A program made the position numbers and the translations under genes. A DNA stretch of 18,053 bases, taken from the IMG/VR virus record IMGVR_UViG_2563366942_000011. One strand, given 5' to 3'. The stretch comes from a virus. Taxonomy: Duplodnaviria; Heunggongvirae; Uroviricota; Caudoviricetes. This document shows positions 1-8,138 of the stretch, piece by piece; position 1 is the first letter of the stretch, and every line of letters starts with the position of its first letter. Under the pieces are notes generated by a model. The model saw nothing but the letters and a program-made list of their open reading frames with translations, had not been told where the DNA came from and did not search any database.

Positions 1-1143
1 CTATGCTGTTTTGATATCTACGATAATCCAGTCTTTACCACGATCATCATTGTATCGGTCGGTCATTTTTCTGGATTTATGACCTAACAACTTTTGCGTA
101 TCCAGACCCTGTTCCCGATATAACCGTTCTGACAGAGATCGCTGCTCATGAAATGTGGGCGCAGTTCCTGGCTCCCATTTTATGCCACATTTTTCCCTGG
201 CCTTTTTAAAAGCCGTTGTAAGAGTATTTGCAGACACCTGGTCTCCTCTGTTTGCTTGAGAGGTAGTGTGACGGTAATGGACCAGATATTTACTAACAAC
301 AGCATCCCTGCACTGAGATATAACTTCACGAAGGGTAATATTCAGAGCATCGCATTTCAGGTTAAGCGGAATAGCAAGTTTTGAACCGGTTTTTTCCTGA
401 GTAATGTGCAACATGTCGTCCCAGATATCAGAGAATTTCAAATTGCAGATATCGCCTAAACGTTGTCCAGTGACAAGAGCAAGTAGCATCCCGCATTTTA
501 AATAGGGCTGCCGTCTGCTTACGCTGTCAAATATTGCCTGCCATTCGGGCAGTGATAATCTTTGGCGGTTTACTCGATTTCGCGGTTGTTTTGTTGCCTG
601 CGCTGGGTTAAATCCTGGCGGAACATGTCCTGCGTGTTGTGCTTCTTTGAAGACGTCGATCAACACCATTCTCACGACTTGCGCCATCCTGTTATGACCT
701 TCAGCCTTTACAGCATCAATTATTTCGGCAATATCAAGTGCGGTAATATCCTTGAGGTGTTGCATTCCACAATGCTCACGGAAAAGACGAATGGGTTTGC
801 CTTTTTGCCGATAGGAGTTGGGTCTTAGTTCATTATGTTGCAGCCTGTCCTCCTGGATAGAAATATATTTATCAAGCCATTCTGTCACCGTAATGTCTGA
901 GCGCCTGCCTTTCATTCTTTCTAGACGCTCATTGACGCTTAATATTTGTCGGGTACGTTGTTCAGCAATAATGGTATTTGCTTCAGTAGCAACTTGTTTT
1001 GCTTCATTCTCATCAGTTCCTAAGCTATGAAAACGACCGGATAGTGGATGTTTGTATTGCCAATATACCTTTCCGGTTCGCTTATCTAATTTGCAATATA
1101 AATTGGGTATAGAGATTTTGTGAGATCGGGGTCTAGCAGCCAT
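1..1143 (-). CDS. int: Phage integrase, tyrosine recombinase (lambda Int family)
   Basis: 380-aa ORF; C-terminal region (HEQRSLSERLYREQ...LLGHKSRKMTDRYNDDRGKDW) matches the lambda Int catalytic tail as I recall it; start ATG at 1143 overlaps the original xis 3' end. Confidence 0.95.
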   Translation of the reverse strand: MAARPRSHKISIPNLYCKLDKRTGKVYWQYKHPLSGRFHSLGTDENEAKQVATEANTIIAEQRTRQILSVNERLERMKGRRSDITVTEWLDKYISIQEDRLQHNELRPNSYRQKGKPIRLFREHCGMQHLKDITALDIAEIIDAVKAEGHNRMAQVVRMVLIDVFKEAQHAGHVPPGFNPAQATKQPRNRVNRQRLSLPEWQAIFDSVSRRQPYLKCGMLLALVTGQRLGDICNLKFSDIWDDMLHITQEKTGSKLAIPLNLKCDALNITLREVISQCRDAVVSKYLVHYRHTTSQANRGDQVSANTLTTAFKKAREKCGIKWEPGTAPTFHEQRSLSERLYREQGLDTQKLLGHKSRKMTDRYNDDRGKDWIIVDIKTA

Positions 1144-1209
1144 CAGCGATTATCCGTTGGAGTTTTGGGTTTGCGTTTATTGGGAGTTGCGGTTCTGCAA
1201 GCGTTCCTA

Positions 1210-1218
1210 CAAAACGGG
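1210..1218. repeat. IS1 target-site duplication, left copy (CAAAACGGG)
   Basis: Identical 9-mer at 1210-1218 and 1987-1995 directly flanking the IS1 ends. Confidence 0.95.
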
Positions 1219-1233
1219 GGTAATGACTCCAAC

Positions 1234-1737
1234 TTATTGATAGTGTTTTATGTTCAGATAATGCCCGATGACTTTGTCATGCAGCTCCACCGATTTTGAG
1301 AACGACAGCGACTTCCGTCCCAGCCGTGCCAGGTGCTGCCTCAGATTCAGGTTATGCCGCTCAATTCGCTGCGTATATCGCTTGCTGATTACGTGCAGCT
1401 TTCCCTTCAGGCGGGATTCATACAGCGGCCAGCCATCCGTCATCCATATCACCACGTCAAAGGGTGACAGCAGGCTCATAAGACGCCCCAGCGTCGCCAT
1501 AGTGCGTTCACCGAATACGTGCGCAACAACCGTCTTCCGGAGACTGTCATACGCGTAAAACAGCCAGCGCTGGCGCGATTTAGCCCCGACATAGCCCCAC
1601 TGTTCGTCCATTTCCGCGCAGACGATGACGTCACTGCCCGGCTGTATGCGCGAGGTTACCGACTGCGGCCTGAGTTTTTTAAGTGACGTAAAATCGTGTT
1701 GAGGCCAACGCCCATAATGCGGGCAGTTGCCCGGCAT
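1234..1737 (-). CDS. insB: IS1 InsB' frame (expressed as InsAB' transposase by -1 frameshift)
   Basis: 167-aa ORF matching IS1 InsB; overlaps insA in the -1 frame at the A6C slippery run. Confidence 0.93.
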
Positions 1738-1931
1738 CCAACGCCATTCATGGCCATATCAATGATTTTCTGGTGCGTACCGGGTTGAGAAGCAGTGTAA
1801 GTGAACTGCAGTTGCCATGTTTTACGGCAGTGAGAGCAGAGATAGCGCTGATGTCCGGCGGTGCTTTTGCCGTTACGCACCACCCCGTCAGTAGCTGAAC
1901 AGGAGGGACAGCTGATAGAAACAGAAGCCAC
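1656..1931 (-). CDS. insA: IS1 InsA (transposition inhibitor / N-terminal part of transposase)
   Basis: 91-aa [42 protein letters not shown]..., the InsA zinc-finger sequence. Confidence 0.95.
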
Positions 1932-1986
1932 TGGAGCACCTCAAAAACACCATCATACACTAAATCAGTAAGTTGGCAGCATCACC

Positions 1987-1995
1987 CAAAACGGG
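1987..1995. repeat. IS1 target-site duplication, right copy (CAAAACGGG)
   Basis: Identical 9-mer at 1210-1218 and 1987-1995 directly flanking the IS1 ends. Confidence 0.95.
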
Positions 1996-2285
1996 AATTT
2001 CGGTCAATCATCCAGTAGCGACCAACTTTTATAGCGGGTGGGGCCATCATTTTCCCTTGCGCGTATTTTTTCAGAACTCGCTCACTTGGTGCTAAGTCCC
2101 CAAATTCTTCTTTAGCCCAGTCCTGTAAAGTGATTAGTCGAGACATTTGTCCTCCTCTTAGCTGCTGAGGGAGTTTGTGACCGATATATCTGACATGATA
2201 TTAAGCTCATGGCAGGTACATCTCTTGACTGGTCATAGAGATAAATTTAATGCTGAGAAATGCAGTATTGAATTTATCAATTTTT

Positions 2286-2525
2286 CTATTTCCTGCGTAT
2301 GGCACGTAACTTCTTAATGTGTTCTGCTGTTTCGATCTCTTCAGCTATCCGATCTGCGTCAGCTTTATTCACAGGTTCAAAGTCATGATTAAAGCGGAAC
2401 ATGCTGGCGATACATGTTCTGCCTTTTCGGATGTAGTGAACTTTGTTGTGAGTGGAACGCAGGATTTTGCAGGGAGTGCCGTGGTGGTCGACGTACCAGG
2501 TGTTAGGGTAAATCACTCTGAACAT
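2286..2525 (-). CDS. Hypothetical small protein (79 aa) of the int-proximal accessory region
   Basis: ORF with ATG at 2525 preceded by an AAGG RBS; same strand as the pL operon; no family recognised. Confidence 0.6.
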   Translation of the reverse strand: MFRVIYPNTWYVDHHGTPCKILRSTHNKVHYIRKGRTCIASMFRFNHDFEPVNKADADRIAEEIETAEHIKKLRAIRRK

Positions 2526-2550
2526 TCTTGACCTTGTGTTGTGCGGATTG

Positions 2551-2835
2551 TTATTCAGTGCCGATATTTACCTTTATCGCGTATACCTTTACCGGTTTAT
2601 CACCGAAGTGCGGATGTGTGATTGTCTTCACTTCATATCCGTCATACGGAACATCAACTCTGCGGCTGGAATCGTCGCGCTTCGGATATCCCTTTGTGAT
2701 AATCAGGCGGTCATGCTTACGGTTAACGAGGCGCTTTTTCCAGTAGTCATTACACAGGCGATACTCTTCCGTTTTCTCTCCGCGAATCATGGCATCGAAG
2801 TATTCACCTTTAACGGCAAGTTGCAGGTTAGCCAC
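2551..2835 (-). CDS. ASCH/DUF3850-like small protein
   Basis: GTG start at 2835 six nt after AGGAG; N-terminal ...GEYFDAMIRGEKTEEYR... resembles the ASCH-type motif. The track ORF extends to 2919, but that extension overlaps the upstream gene. Confidence 0.55.
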   Translation of the reverse strand: MANLQLAVKGEYFDAMIRGEKTEEYRLCNDYWKKRLVNRKHDRLIITKGYPKRDDSSRRVDVPYDGYEVKTITHPHFGDKPVKVYAIKVNIGTE

Positions 2836-3568
2836 GGTTAACTCCTTGCTGTGTGGCGTCGAGTAATAAATCCCACAACCGCTGAGAGCAATTTCCGCAT
2901 GTACAGCGTTGACCCACAACGTTTATCGCGTTGCTGATTTCCGGCGTTACCTGTTTAGGAACCATAACCCAACCATCCGGAGTTACCGGAAGCGAGAACG
3001 GCAGCACATCTCTGTGAACAAGTTTTTGCTGTGACAGGTTATCCAGAACTTTCTGTACTGCTGCATCACCGAATACACCAAGCGCATCTGCCATAACTCC
3101 TACAACCTGATAAGCCTCAGCGCATACCGTGGATAAACCATCCGGAATTACCGGAGAGTTGCCGGGTTCTTTAATGTGCAAGCGAGGCTCACCATCTTTT
3201 GGCTCAGGCCACTGGCGCTCCATGTTGATCTTCAATTTATCTTCCATAGCAACGGTAATTTCAGCATCGCTGATGCCAGCACGGCGCTGTGCATCCCACA
3301 ACAGAAACTGCATATCAGCCCACTCGCTAAGATCGTCTGGTTCGGCTGCGGCTTCCAGTGCCTCTTTTGAGAGGTGTTTCAGTGGACCAATGGGGCCAAC
3401 GCAGCCAAATGTGGAGTCAGACCATTTGGCATGCTCGTGGCGAATCTGTTCGCGTTCCAGTGATGCCAGTGCAATTCGTGCTAGTTCCATTTGTTCGCCA
3501 CGAGTAAGCCCGTTTTCAAGCGGATTTTTAATGAACAATTCAATACGTTCTTTGGTAATAGTGGTCAT
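2828..3568 (-). CDS. Putative dATP/dGTP pyrophosphohydrolase-like protein (DUF550-type N-terminal domain) with C-terminal module
   Basis: 246-aa ORF; N-terminal MTTITKERIELF...GEQMELARIALASLEREQIRHEHAKW resembles the DUF550/MazG-like phage family as I recall it; ATGA overlap with the upstream gene. Confidence 0.65.
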   Translation of the reverse strand: MTTITKERIELFIKNPLENGLTRGEQMELARIALASLEREQIRHEHAKWSDSTFGCVGPIGPLKHLSKEALEAAAEPDDLSEWADMQFLLWDAQRRAGISDAEITVAMEDKLKINMERQWPEPKDGEPRLHIKEPGNSPVIPDGLSTVCAEAYQVVGVMADALGVFGDAAVQKVLDNLSQQKLVHRDVLPFSLPVTPDGWVMVPKQVTPEISNAINVVGQRCTCGNCSQRLWDLLLDATQQGVNRG

Positions 3569-3774
3569 GTGTTAATCCTCAAAACTTTATGCCCGGGCGC
3601 AAAAGTACGTGTTTTGTCTTTGCTTATTCGCCACCCGTCTTTACGGGCCTCTTTTGCACAACCAGACCATGACTTACCGATATACTCACCGAAGTCTGGC
3701 ACTGGATATACACCTTCCGTACACTGGCGACAATCACAATAGAGATGCATGGTGTAACTTGCGGCAATAGCCAT
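3565..3774 (-). CDS. Small Cys-rich protein (69 aa), putative zinc-binding
   Basis: ATG at 3774 lies 1 nt after the stop of the 202-aa ORF; product MAIAASYTMHLYCDCRQCTEG... with a CxC..C cluster; stop overlaps the next start (ATGA). Confidence 0.6.
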   Translation of the reverse strand: MAIAASYTMHLYCDCRQCTEGVYPVPDFGEYIGKSWSGCAKEARKDGWRISKDKTRTFAPGHKVLRINT

Positions 3775-3775
3775 A

Positions 3776-4384
3776 TCACTCTCTTTTTCCCTGAAGCATG
3801 GCAGCGTGGCAGGCATCCTCTACGCCCTTAACTGCATCTGCGCAGTAGTTATAGCGATTGCATTCCACTAACTTCTGCCTGAGATTTTCAATTGCTTGCG
3901 CGACATCAGCCTGTATTACAGGAACTGGCGGAACGGCTGTCTGCTGCTCTCGAACGTCATTAGTCGCTATCGGTTCTGCTGCCAACTGACTGGCATATTT
4001 GTTAATGGTAACGATAAGCTCTTGCTCAGCCTCATCCAGACAATCACCGATACCTCGCCTGTCGCCGTCAAAATCATCGAAATCAGCACGAACTCTGGCA
4101 AATTTCAGGATTGCGGACAACACCTCACCAGGAATTACCGGAGAGTTGGTTGACGTTTCCGAAATTTCCCGAAAATTATTGGTTGACGAATTCGCGTTTT
4201 CCCGAAAGTTTCCGGCATGAAGCATAGCCGCGCGGCAGGCGTTCCAGCCTCTCACCTCTGCAATAGCGGCAACAGCATCGACCGCGTACATGCTAAGAGG
4301 GTTAGGCATTGGTTTTTCTTCAGGTACTACTGGCACTGGCTTGGCATATATAGCGGCTGAACATACCAACCCTTTGATAACCAA
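3776..4384 (-). CDS. ea22-family modular protein, linker plus C-terminal module (start uncertain; possibly the frameshifted 3' part of one gene with 4327-4581)
   Basis: Frame opens at TTG 4384 straight after an in-frame stop; contains the linker AKPVPVVPEE and later NSPVIPGE; first ATG is at 4309 (MPNPLSMY...). Confidence 0.55.
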   Translation of the reverse strand: MVIKGLVCSAAIYAKPVPVVPEEKPMPNPLSMYAVDAVAAIAEVRGWNACRAAMLHAGNFRENANSSTNNFREISETSTNSPVIPGEVLSAILKFARVRADFDDFDGDRRGIGDCLDEAEQELIVTINKYASQLAAEPIATNDVREQQTAVPPVPVIQADVAQAIENLRQKLVECNRYNYCADAVKGVEDACHAAMLQGKRE

Positions 4385-4581
4385 CTGTCAGCAATGTTTT
4401 TACTCCTCGTTATTGCCGGAATACCTAAGCCATTGTCTGAATGCAGCCATGCCACCGGATTCTCTTCCAGCGATGCCAGAGCAATTTCATAAGCCCGGCG
4501 CTCAACATTGTCTCGCACATCCAAACTGCTGATACGCTCTTTGATTTCTTTAATCAGTTCTTTGTCGGTAAAAGTGCTCAT
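4327..4581 (-). CDS. ea22-family N-terminal module (85 aa), possibly the 5' part of a frameshifted gene
   Basis: ATG at 4581 lies 1 nt after the ea22-like stop; MSTFTDKELIKEIKERISSLDVRDNVERRAYEIALASLEENP...; overlaps the next frame by 58 nt. Confidence 0.5.
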   Translation of the reverse strand: MSTFTDKELIKEIKERISSLDVRDNVERRAYEIALASLEENPVAWLHSDNGLGIPAITRSKNIADSWLSKGWYVQPLYMPSQCQ

Positions 4582-4582
4582 A

Positions 4583-5347
4583 TCAATCTCCATTGGTATC
4601 AATGTTTACAGCCTGACAAGACTCTTTGAGCACCCAGTCAATAGCGTCTTTCCATGCCTCTGTTTCGACTGGTGGATTTTCACGCTTAACCTGTTCATAG
4701 AAGCGCACTGCTTTAACCAGTCCTTCCGGTACTACTGGTGATGGCTGTTTAGCTTCTAAATCAGCAATTCTGTCAACCACGGCATCGACAGCATCTGAAA
4801 AGCCGAACCAGTTGCTCCACTCCGGCTCATCCCCGGTTGCTGCAAAGTACATATCTGCTAAAGCAGATTCAGCATGGTCACGCTCGTTAATGAGTTGCTC
4901 TTCGCTTTTCTCCAGTTCAGCAATACGCTTACCCCCATCCGAGATAACACCTTCGTAATACTCACGCTGCTCGTTGAGTTTTGATTTTGTCTCCTCAAGC
5001 TCAACTCTCAGCTTCCCAACAGTAAGAGCAATATCCTCGTTCTCCTGGTCGCGGCGTTTTATGTATTGCTGGTTTCTTTCCCGTTCATCCAGCAGTGCCA
5101 GCACAGTAGCCGGATTGGCTGCGGCGATGAATTCAGCATTGGCCTGCTGTTCCATTTGGAAATCTTCATCGAAACCGCTTTCTGGATGCGCTCCTTCAAT
5201 TCTGCAAATGGGAATATATCCAGCAACTTCACGATGAATTAGCGCATAATCACCATCAAATCGGCTCTCTCCATATTCGAGCGACCACTCACCACACGTT
5301 GCTTTTTCTGCCGCTTCACGCAGTGCCTGATAGTTAATTTCGCTCAC
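4583..5347 (-). CDS. ea22: Ea22-like protein
   Basis: GTG start at 5347 overlapping the orf73 stop; product begins (V)SEINYQALREAAE and contains LLDERERNQQYIKRRDQENEDIALTVGKLRVELEE...NEQREYYEGVISDG, matching lambda Ea22 as recalled; divergent ends. Confidence 0.8.
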   Translation of the reverse strand: MSEINYQALREAAEKATCGEWSLEYGESRFDGDYALIHREVAGYIPICRIEGAHPESGFDEDFQMEQQANAEFIAAANPATVLALLDERERNQQYIKRRDQENEDIALTVGKLRVELEETKSKLNEQREYYEGVISDGGKRIAELEKSEEQLINERDHAESALADMYFAATGDEPEWSNWFGFSDAVDAVVDRIADLEAKQPSPVVPEGLVKAVRFYEQVKRENPPVETEAWKDAIDWVLKESCQAVNIDTNGD

Positions 5348-5565
5348 TTCGAACCTCTCTGTTTACTGATAAGCTCCAGATCCTCCTGGCAACTTGCACA
5401 AGTCCGACAACCCTGAACGACCAGGCGTCTTCGTTCATCTATGGGATCGCCACACTCACAACAATGAGTGGCGGATATAGTCTGGTAGTTCAGACGACGC
5501 ATTTTTATTGCTGTATTGCGCTGTAATTCTTCAATTTCTGATGCTGAATCAATGATGTCCGCCAT
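5344..5565 (-). CDS. orf73: DksA/TraR-family C4 zinc-finger protein (lambda Orf73-like)
   Basis: 73-aa ORF with CCECGDPIDERRR...CRTCASC, two CxxC pairs typical of TraR/DksA; same position as lambda orf73. Confidence 0.8.
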   Translation of the reverse strand: MADIIDSASEIEELQRNTAIKMRRLNYQTISATHCCECGDPIDERRRLVVQGCRTCASCQEDLELISKQRGSK

Positions 5566-5611
5566 CTTTCATTAATCCCTGAATTGTTGGTTAATACGCT
5601 TGAGGGTGAAT

Positions 5612-5641
5612 GCGAATAATAAAAAAGGAGCCTGTAGCTCC
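5612..5641 (-). terminator. Intrinsic terminator-like hairpin inside the pL operon (minus strand)
   Basis: Minus strand reads GGAGCTACAGGCTCC followed by TTTTTTATTATT; between the orf61-like gene and orf73. Confidence 0.5.
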
Positions 5642-5663
5642 CTGATGATTTTGCTTTTCATGT

Positions 5664-5945
5664 TCACCGTTCCTTAAAGACGCCGTTTAACATGCCGATC
5701 GCCAGGCTTAAATGAGTCGGTGTGAATCCCATCAGCGTTACCGTTTCGCGGTGCTTCTTTAGTACGCTACGGCAAATGTCATCGACGTTTTTATCCGGAA
5801 ACTGCTGTCTGGCTTTTTTGATTTCAGAATTAGCCTGACGGGCAATGCTGCGAAGGGCGTTTTCTTGCTGAGGTGTCACTGAACAAGCCCCATGTCGGCA
5901 AGCATAAGCACACAGAATATGAAGCCCGCTGCCAGAAAAATGCAT
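5664..5945 (-). CDS. Lambda orf61-like small protein (start uncertain)
   Basis: Open frame whose C-terminal two-thirds (VTPQQENALRSIARQANSEIKKARQQFPDK...GMLNGVFKER) is lambda-region-like; true start may be internal (GTG at VTPQQ). Confidence 0.6.
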   Translation of the reverse strand: MHFSGSGLHILCAYACRHGACSVTPQQENALRSIARQANSEIKKARQQFPDKNVDDICRSVLKKHRETVTLMGFTPTHLSLAIGMLNGVFKER

Positions 5946-5955
5946 TCAGTGGTTG

Positions 5956-6147
5956 TCATACCTGGTCTCTCTCATCTGCTTCTGCTTTCGCCACCATCAT
6001 TTCCAGCTTTTGTGAAAGGGATGTGGCTAACGTATGAAATTCTTCGTCTGTTTCTACTGGTATTGGCACAAACCTGACTCCAATTTGAGCAAGGCTATGT
6101 GCCATCTCAATACTCGTTCTTAACTCAACAGGAGATGCTTTGTGCAT
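5956..6147 (-). CDS. orf63: Lambda Orf63-like protein
   Basis: 63-aa [40 protein letters not shown]... in the lambda orf63 position. Confidence 0.8.
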   Translation of the reverse strand: MHKASPVELRTSIEMAHSLAQIGVRFVPIPVETDEEFHTLATSLSQKLEMMVAKAEADERDQV

Positions 6148-6302
6148 ACCGCCTCCCGTTTATTATTTATCTTCTCAGCCAGCCGCTGTGCTTTCAGTGG
6201 ATTTCTGATAACAGAAAGGCCGGGAAATACCCAGCCTCGCTTTGTAACGGAGTAGACGAAAGTGATCGCGCCTACCCGGATATTATCGTGAGGATGCGTC
6301 AT
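6120..6302 (-). CDS. orf60a: Lambda Orf60a-like protein
   Basis: [43 protein letters not shown]...; ATG at 6302 overlaps the exo stop (ATGA). Confidence 0.8.
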   Translation of the reverse strand: MTHPHDNIRVGAITFVYSVTKRGWVFPGLSVIRNPLKAQRLAEKINNKREAVCTKHLLLS

Positions 6303-6979
6303 CGCCATTGCTCCCCAAATACAAAACTAATTTCAGCCAGTGCCTCGTCCATTTTTTCGATGAACTCCGGCACCATCTCGTCAAAACTCGCCATGTACTT
6401 TTCATCCCGCTCAACCACGACATAATGCAGTCCTTCACGCTTCATACGCGGGTCATAGTTGGCAAAGTACCAGGCATCTTTTCGCGTCACCCACATGCTG
6501 TACTGCACCTGGGCCATGTAAGCCGATTTTATGGCCTCGAAACCACCGAGCCGGAACTTCATGAAATCCCGGGAGGTAAACGGGCATTTCAGCTCAAGGC
6601 CGTTGCCGTCACTGCATAAACCATCGGGAGAGCAGGCGGTGCGCATACTTTCGTCGCGATAGATGATCGGGGATTCAGTAACATTCACGCCGGAAGTAAA
6701 CTCAAACAGGGCTCTGGCGTCGTTCTCGTACTGTTTTCCCCAAGCCAGCGCCTTAGCGTTAACTTCCGGAGCCACACCGGTGCAAACCTCAGCAAGCAGG
6801 GTGTGGAAGTAGGACATTTTCATGTCAGGCCATTTCTTTCCGGAGCGGGGTTTTGCTATCACGTTGTGAACTTCTGAAGCGGTGATGACGCCGAGCCGTA
6901 ATTTGTGCCATGCATCATCCCCCTGTTCGACAGCTCTCACGTCGATCCCGGTACGCTGCAGGATAATGTCCGGTGTCAT
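6299..6979 (-). CDS. exo: Lambda exonuclease (Red alpha)
   Basis: 226-aa [68 protein letters not shown]..., matching lambda Exo as recalled. Confidence 0.97.
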   Translation of the reverse strand: MTPDIILQRTGIDVRAVEQGDDAWHKLRLGVITASEVHNVIAKPRSGKKWPDMKMSYFHTLLAEVCTGVAPEVNAKALAWGKQYENDARALFEFTSGVNVTESPIIYRDESMRTACSPDGLCSDGNGLELKCPFTSRDFMKFRLGGFEAIKSAYMAQVQYSMWVTRKDAWYFANYDPRMKREGLHYVVVERDEKYMASFDEMVPEFIEKMDEALAEISFVFGEQWR

Positions 6980-7761
6980 GCTGCCACCTTCTGCTCAGTG
7001 GCTTTCTGTTTCAGGAATCCAAGAGCTTTCACTGCTTCGGTCTGTGTCAGTTCTGACGATGCGCGAATGTCGCGGCGAAATATCTGGGAACAGAGCGGCA
7101 ATAAGTCGTCATCCCATGTTTTATCCAGGGCGATCAGCAGAGTGTTAATCTCCTGCATGGTTTCATCGTTAACCGGAGTGATGTCGCGTTCCGGCTGACG
7201 TTCTGCAGTGTATGCGGTATTTTCGACAATGCGCTCGGCTTCATCCTTGTCATAGATACCAGCAAATCCGAAGGCGAGACGGGCACACTGAATCATGGCT
7301 TTATGCCGTAACATCCGTTTGGGATGCGACTGCCACGGCCCCGTGATTTCTCTGCCTTCGCGGGTTTTGAATGGTTCGCGGCGGCATTCATCCATCCACT
7401 CGGTAACGCAGATCGGATGATTGCGGTCTTTGCGGTAAATCCGGCATGTACATGATTCATTGTCCTGCTCAAAGTCCATACCATCAAACTGCTGGTTTTC
7501 ATTGATGATGCGGGACCAGCCATCAACGCCCACCACCGGAACAATGCCGTTCTGCTTATCAGGGAAGGCGTAAATTTCTTTCGTCCACGGATTAAGGCCG
7601 TACTGGTTGGCGACGATCAACAATGCGATGAACTGCGCATCGCTGGCATCACCTTTAAATGCCGTCTGGCGAAGAGTGGTGATCAGTTCCTGTGGGTCGA
7701 CAGAATCCATGCCGACACGTTCAGCCAGCTTCCCTGCCAGCGTTGCGAGTGCTGTACTCAT
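6976..7761 (-). CDS. bet: Single-strand annealing protein Bet (Red beta)
   Basis: 261-aa [69 protein letters not shown]..., matching lambda Bet almost residue-for-residue as recalled. Confidence 0.97.
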   Translation of the reverse strand: MSTALATLAGKLAERVGMDSVDPQELITTLRQTAFKGDASDAQFIALLIVANQYGLNPWTKEIYAFPDKQNGIVPVVGVDGWSRIINENQQFDGMDFEQDNESCTCRIYRKDRNHPICVTEWMDECRREPFKTREGREITGPWQSHPKRMLRHKAMIQCARLAFGFAGIYDKDEAERIVENTAYTAERQPERDITPVNDETMQEINTLLIALDKTWDDDLLPLCSQIFRRDIRASSELTQTEAVKALGFLKQKATEQKVAA

Positions 7762-7766
7762 CCGTT

Positions 7767-8063
7767 TTATACCTCTGAATCAATATCAGCCTGATGGTGA
7801 GCAATGGTTTCAACTATGTACCGGATGTGTTCTGCCATGCGCTCCTGAAACTCAACATCGTCATCAAACGCACGGGTAATGGCTTTTTTGCTGGCCCCGT
7901 GGCGTTGTAAATGATCGATGCATAGCGATTCAAACAGGTGCTGGGGCAGGCCTTTTTCCATGTCGTCTGCCAGTTCTGCCTCTTTCTCTTCACGGGCGAT
8001 CTGCTGGTAGTGACGCGCCCAGCTCTGAGCCTCAAGACGATCCTGAATGTAATAAGCGTTCAT
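7767..8063 (-). CDS. gam: Gam, RecBCD inhibitor (short 98-aa form)
   Basis: [60 protein letters not shown]...; the upstream ATG at 8184 is in a different frame. Confidence 0.95.
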   Translation of the reverse strand: MNAYYIQDRLEAQSWARHYQQIAREEKEAELADDMEKGLPQHLFESLCIDHLQRHGASKKAITRAFDDDVEFQERMAEHIRYIVETIAHHQADIDSEV

Positions 8064-8138
8064 GGCTGAACTCCTGAAAATGGCTGTGAAAATATCGCCC
8101 GCGAAATGCCAGGCTGATTAGGAAAACAGGAAAGGGGG

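Larger units (their letters stand above)
1219..1986 (-). mobile_element. IS1: IS1 insertion sequence, complete 768 bp
   Basis: Terminal inverted repeats GGTAATGACTCCAACTTATTGAT (1219 onward) and reverse complement of GGTGATGCTGCCAACTTACTGAT (ending 1986); contains insA and insB' with the A6C frameshift motif. Confidence 0.97.
1133..2146 (-). pseudogene. xis: Excisionase xis interrupted by IS1
   Basis: ATG at 2146 behind an AGGAGGA RBS opens MSRLITLQDWAKEEF...GRYWMIDRNSRF, an Xis-like winged-helix sequence. The frame runs into IS1 at 1986 and stops 8 codons later. Removing IS1 and one copy of the target duplication restores a 78-codon ORF ending at TAG 1133-1135 and overlapping int, as in lambda. 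Confidence 0.85.

Noticed and set aside
1-60. attP/attL core or sib site at the left edge
   Set aside because: The window begins at the int stop codon, so the attachment site and sib/tI region lie outside the sequence and cannot be assessed.
148-1030. Plus-strand ORFs (78, 88 and 70 aa) inside int
   Set aside because: Antisense to the integrase gene; no independent support.
1268-1558. 96-aa plus-strand ORF inside IS1
   Set aside because: Antisense to insB within a well-characterised IS1; no known IS1 product on that strand.
3129-3575. 148-aa plus-strand ORF
   Set aside because: Lies wholly antisense within the 246-aa minus-strand gene, which has clear coupling to its neighbours. Serine/arginine-rich low-complexity translation typical of an antisense frame.
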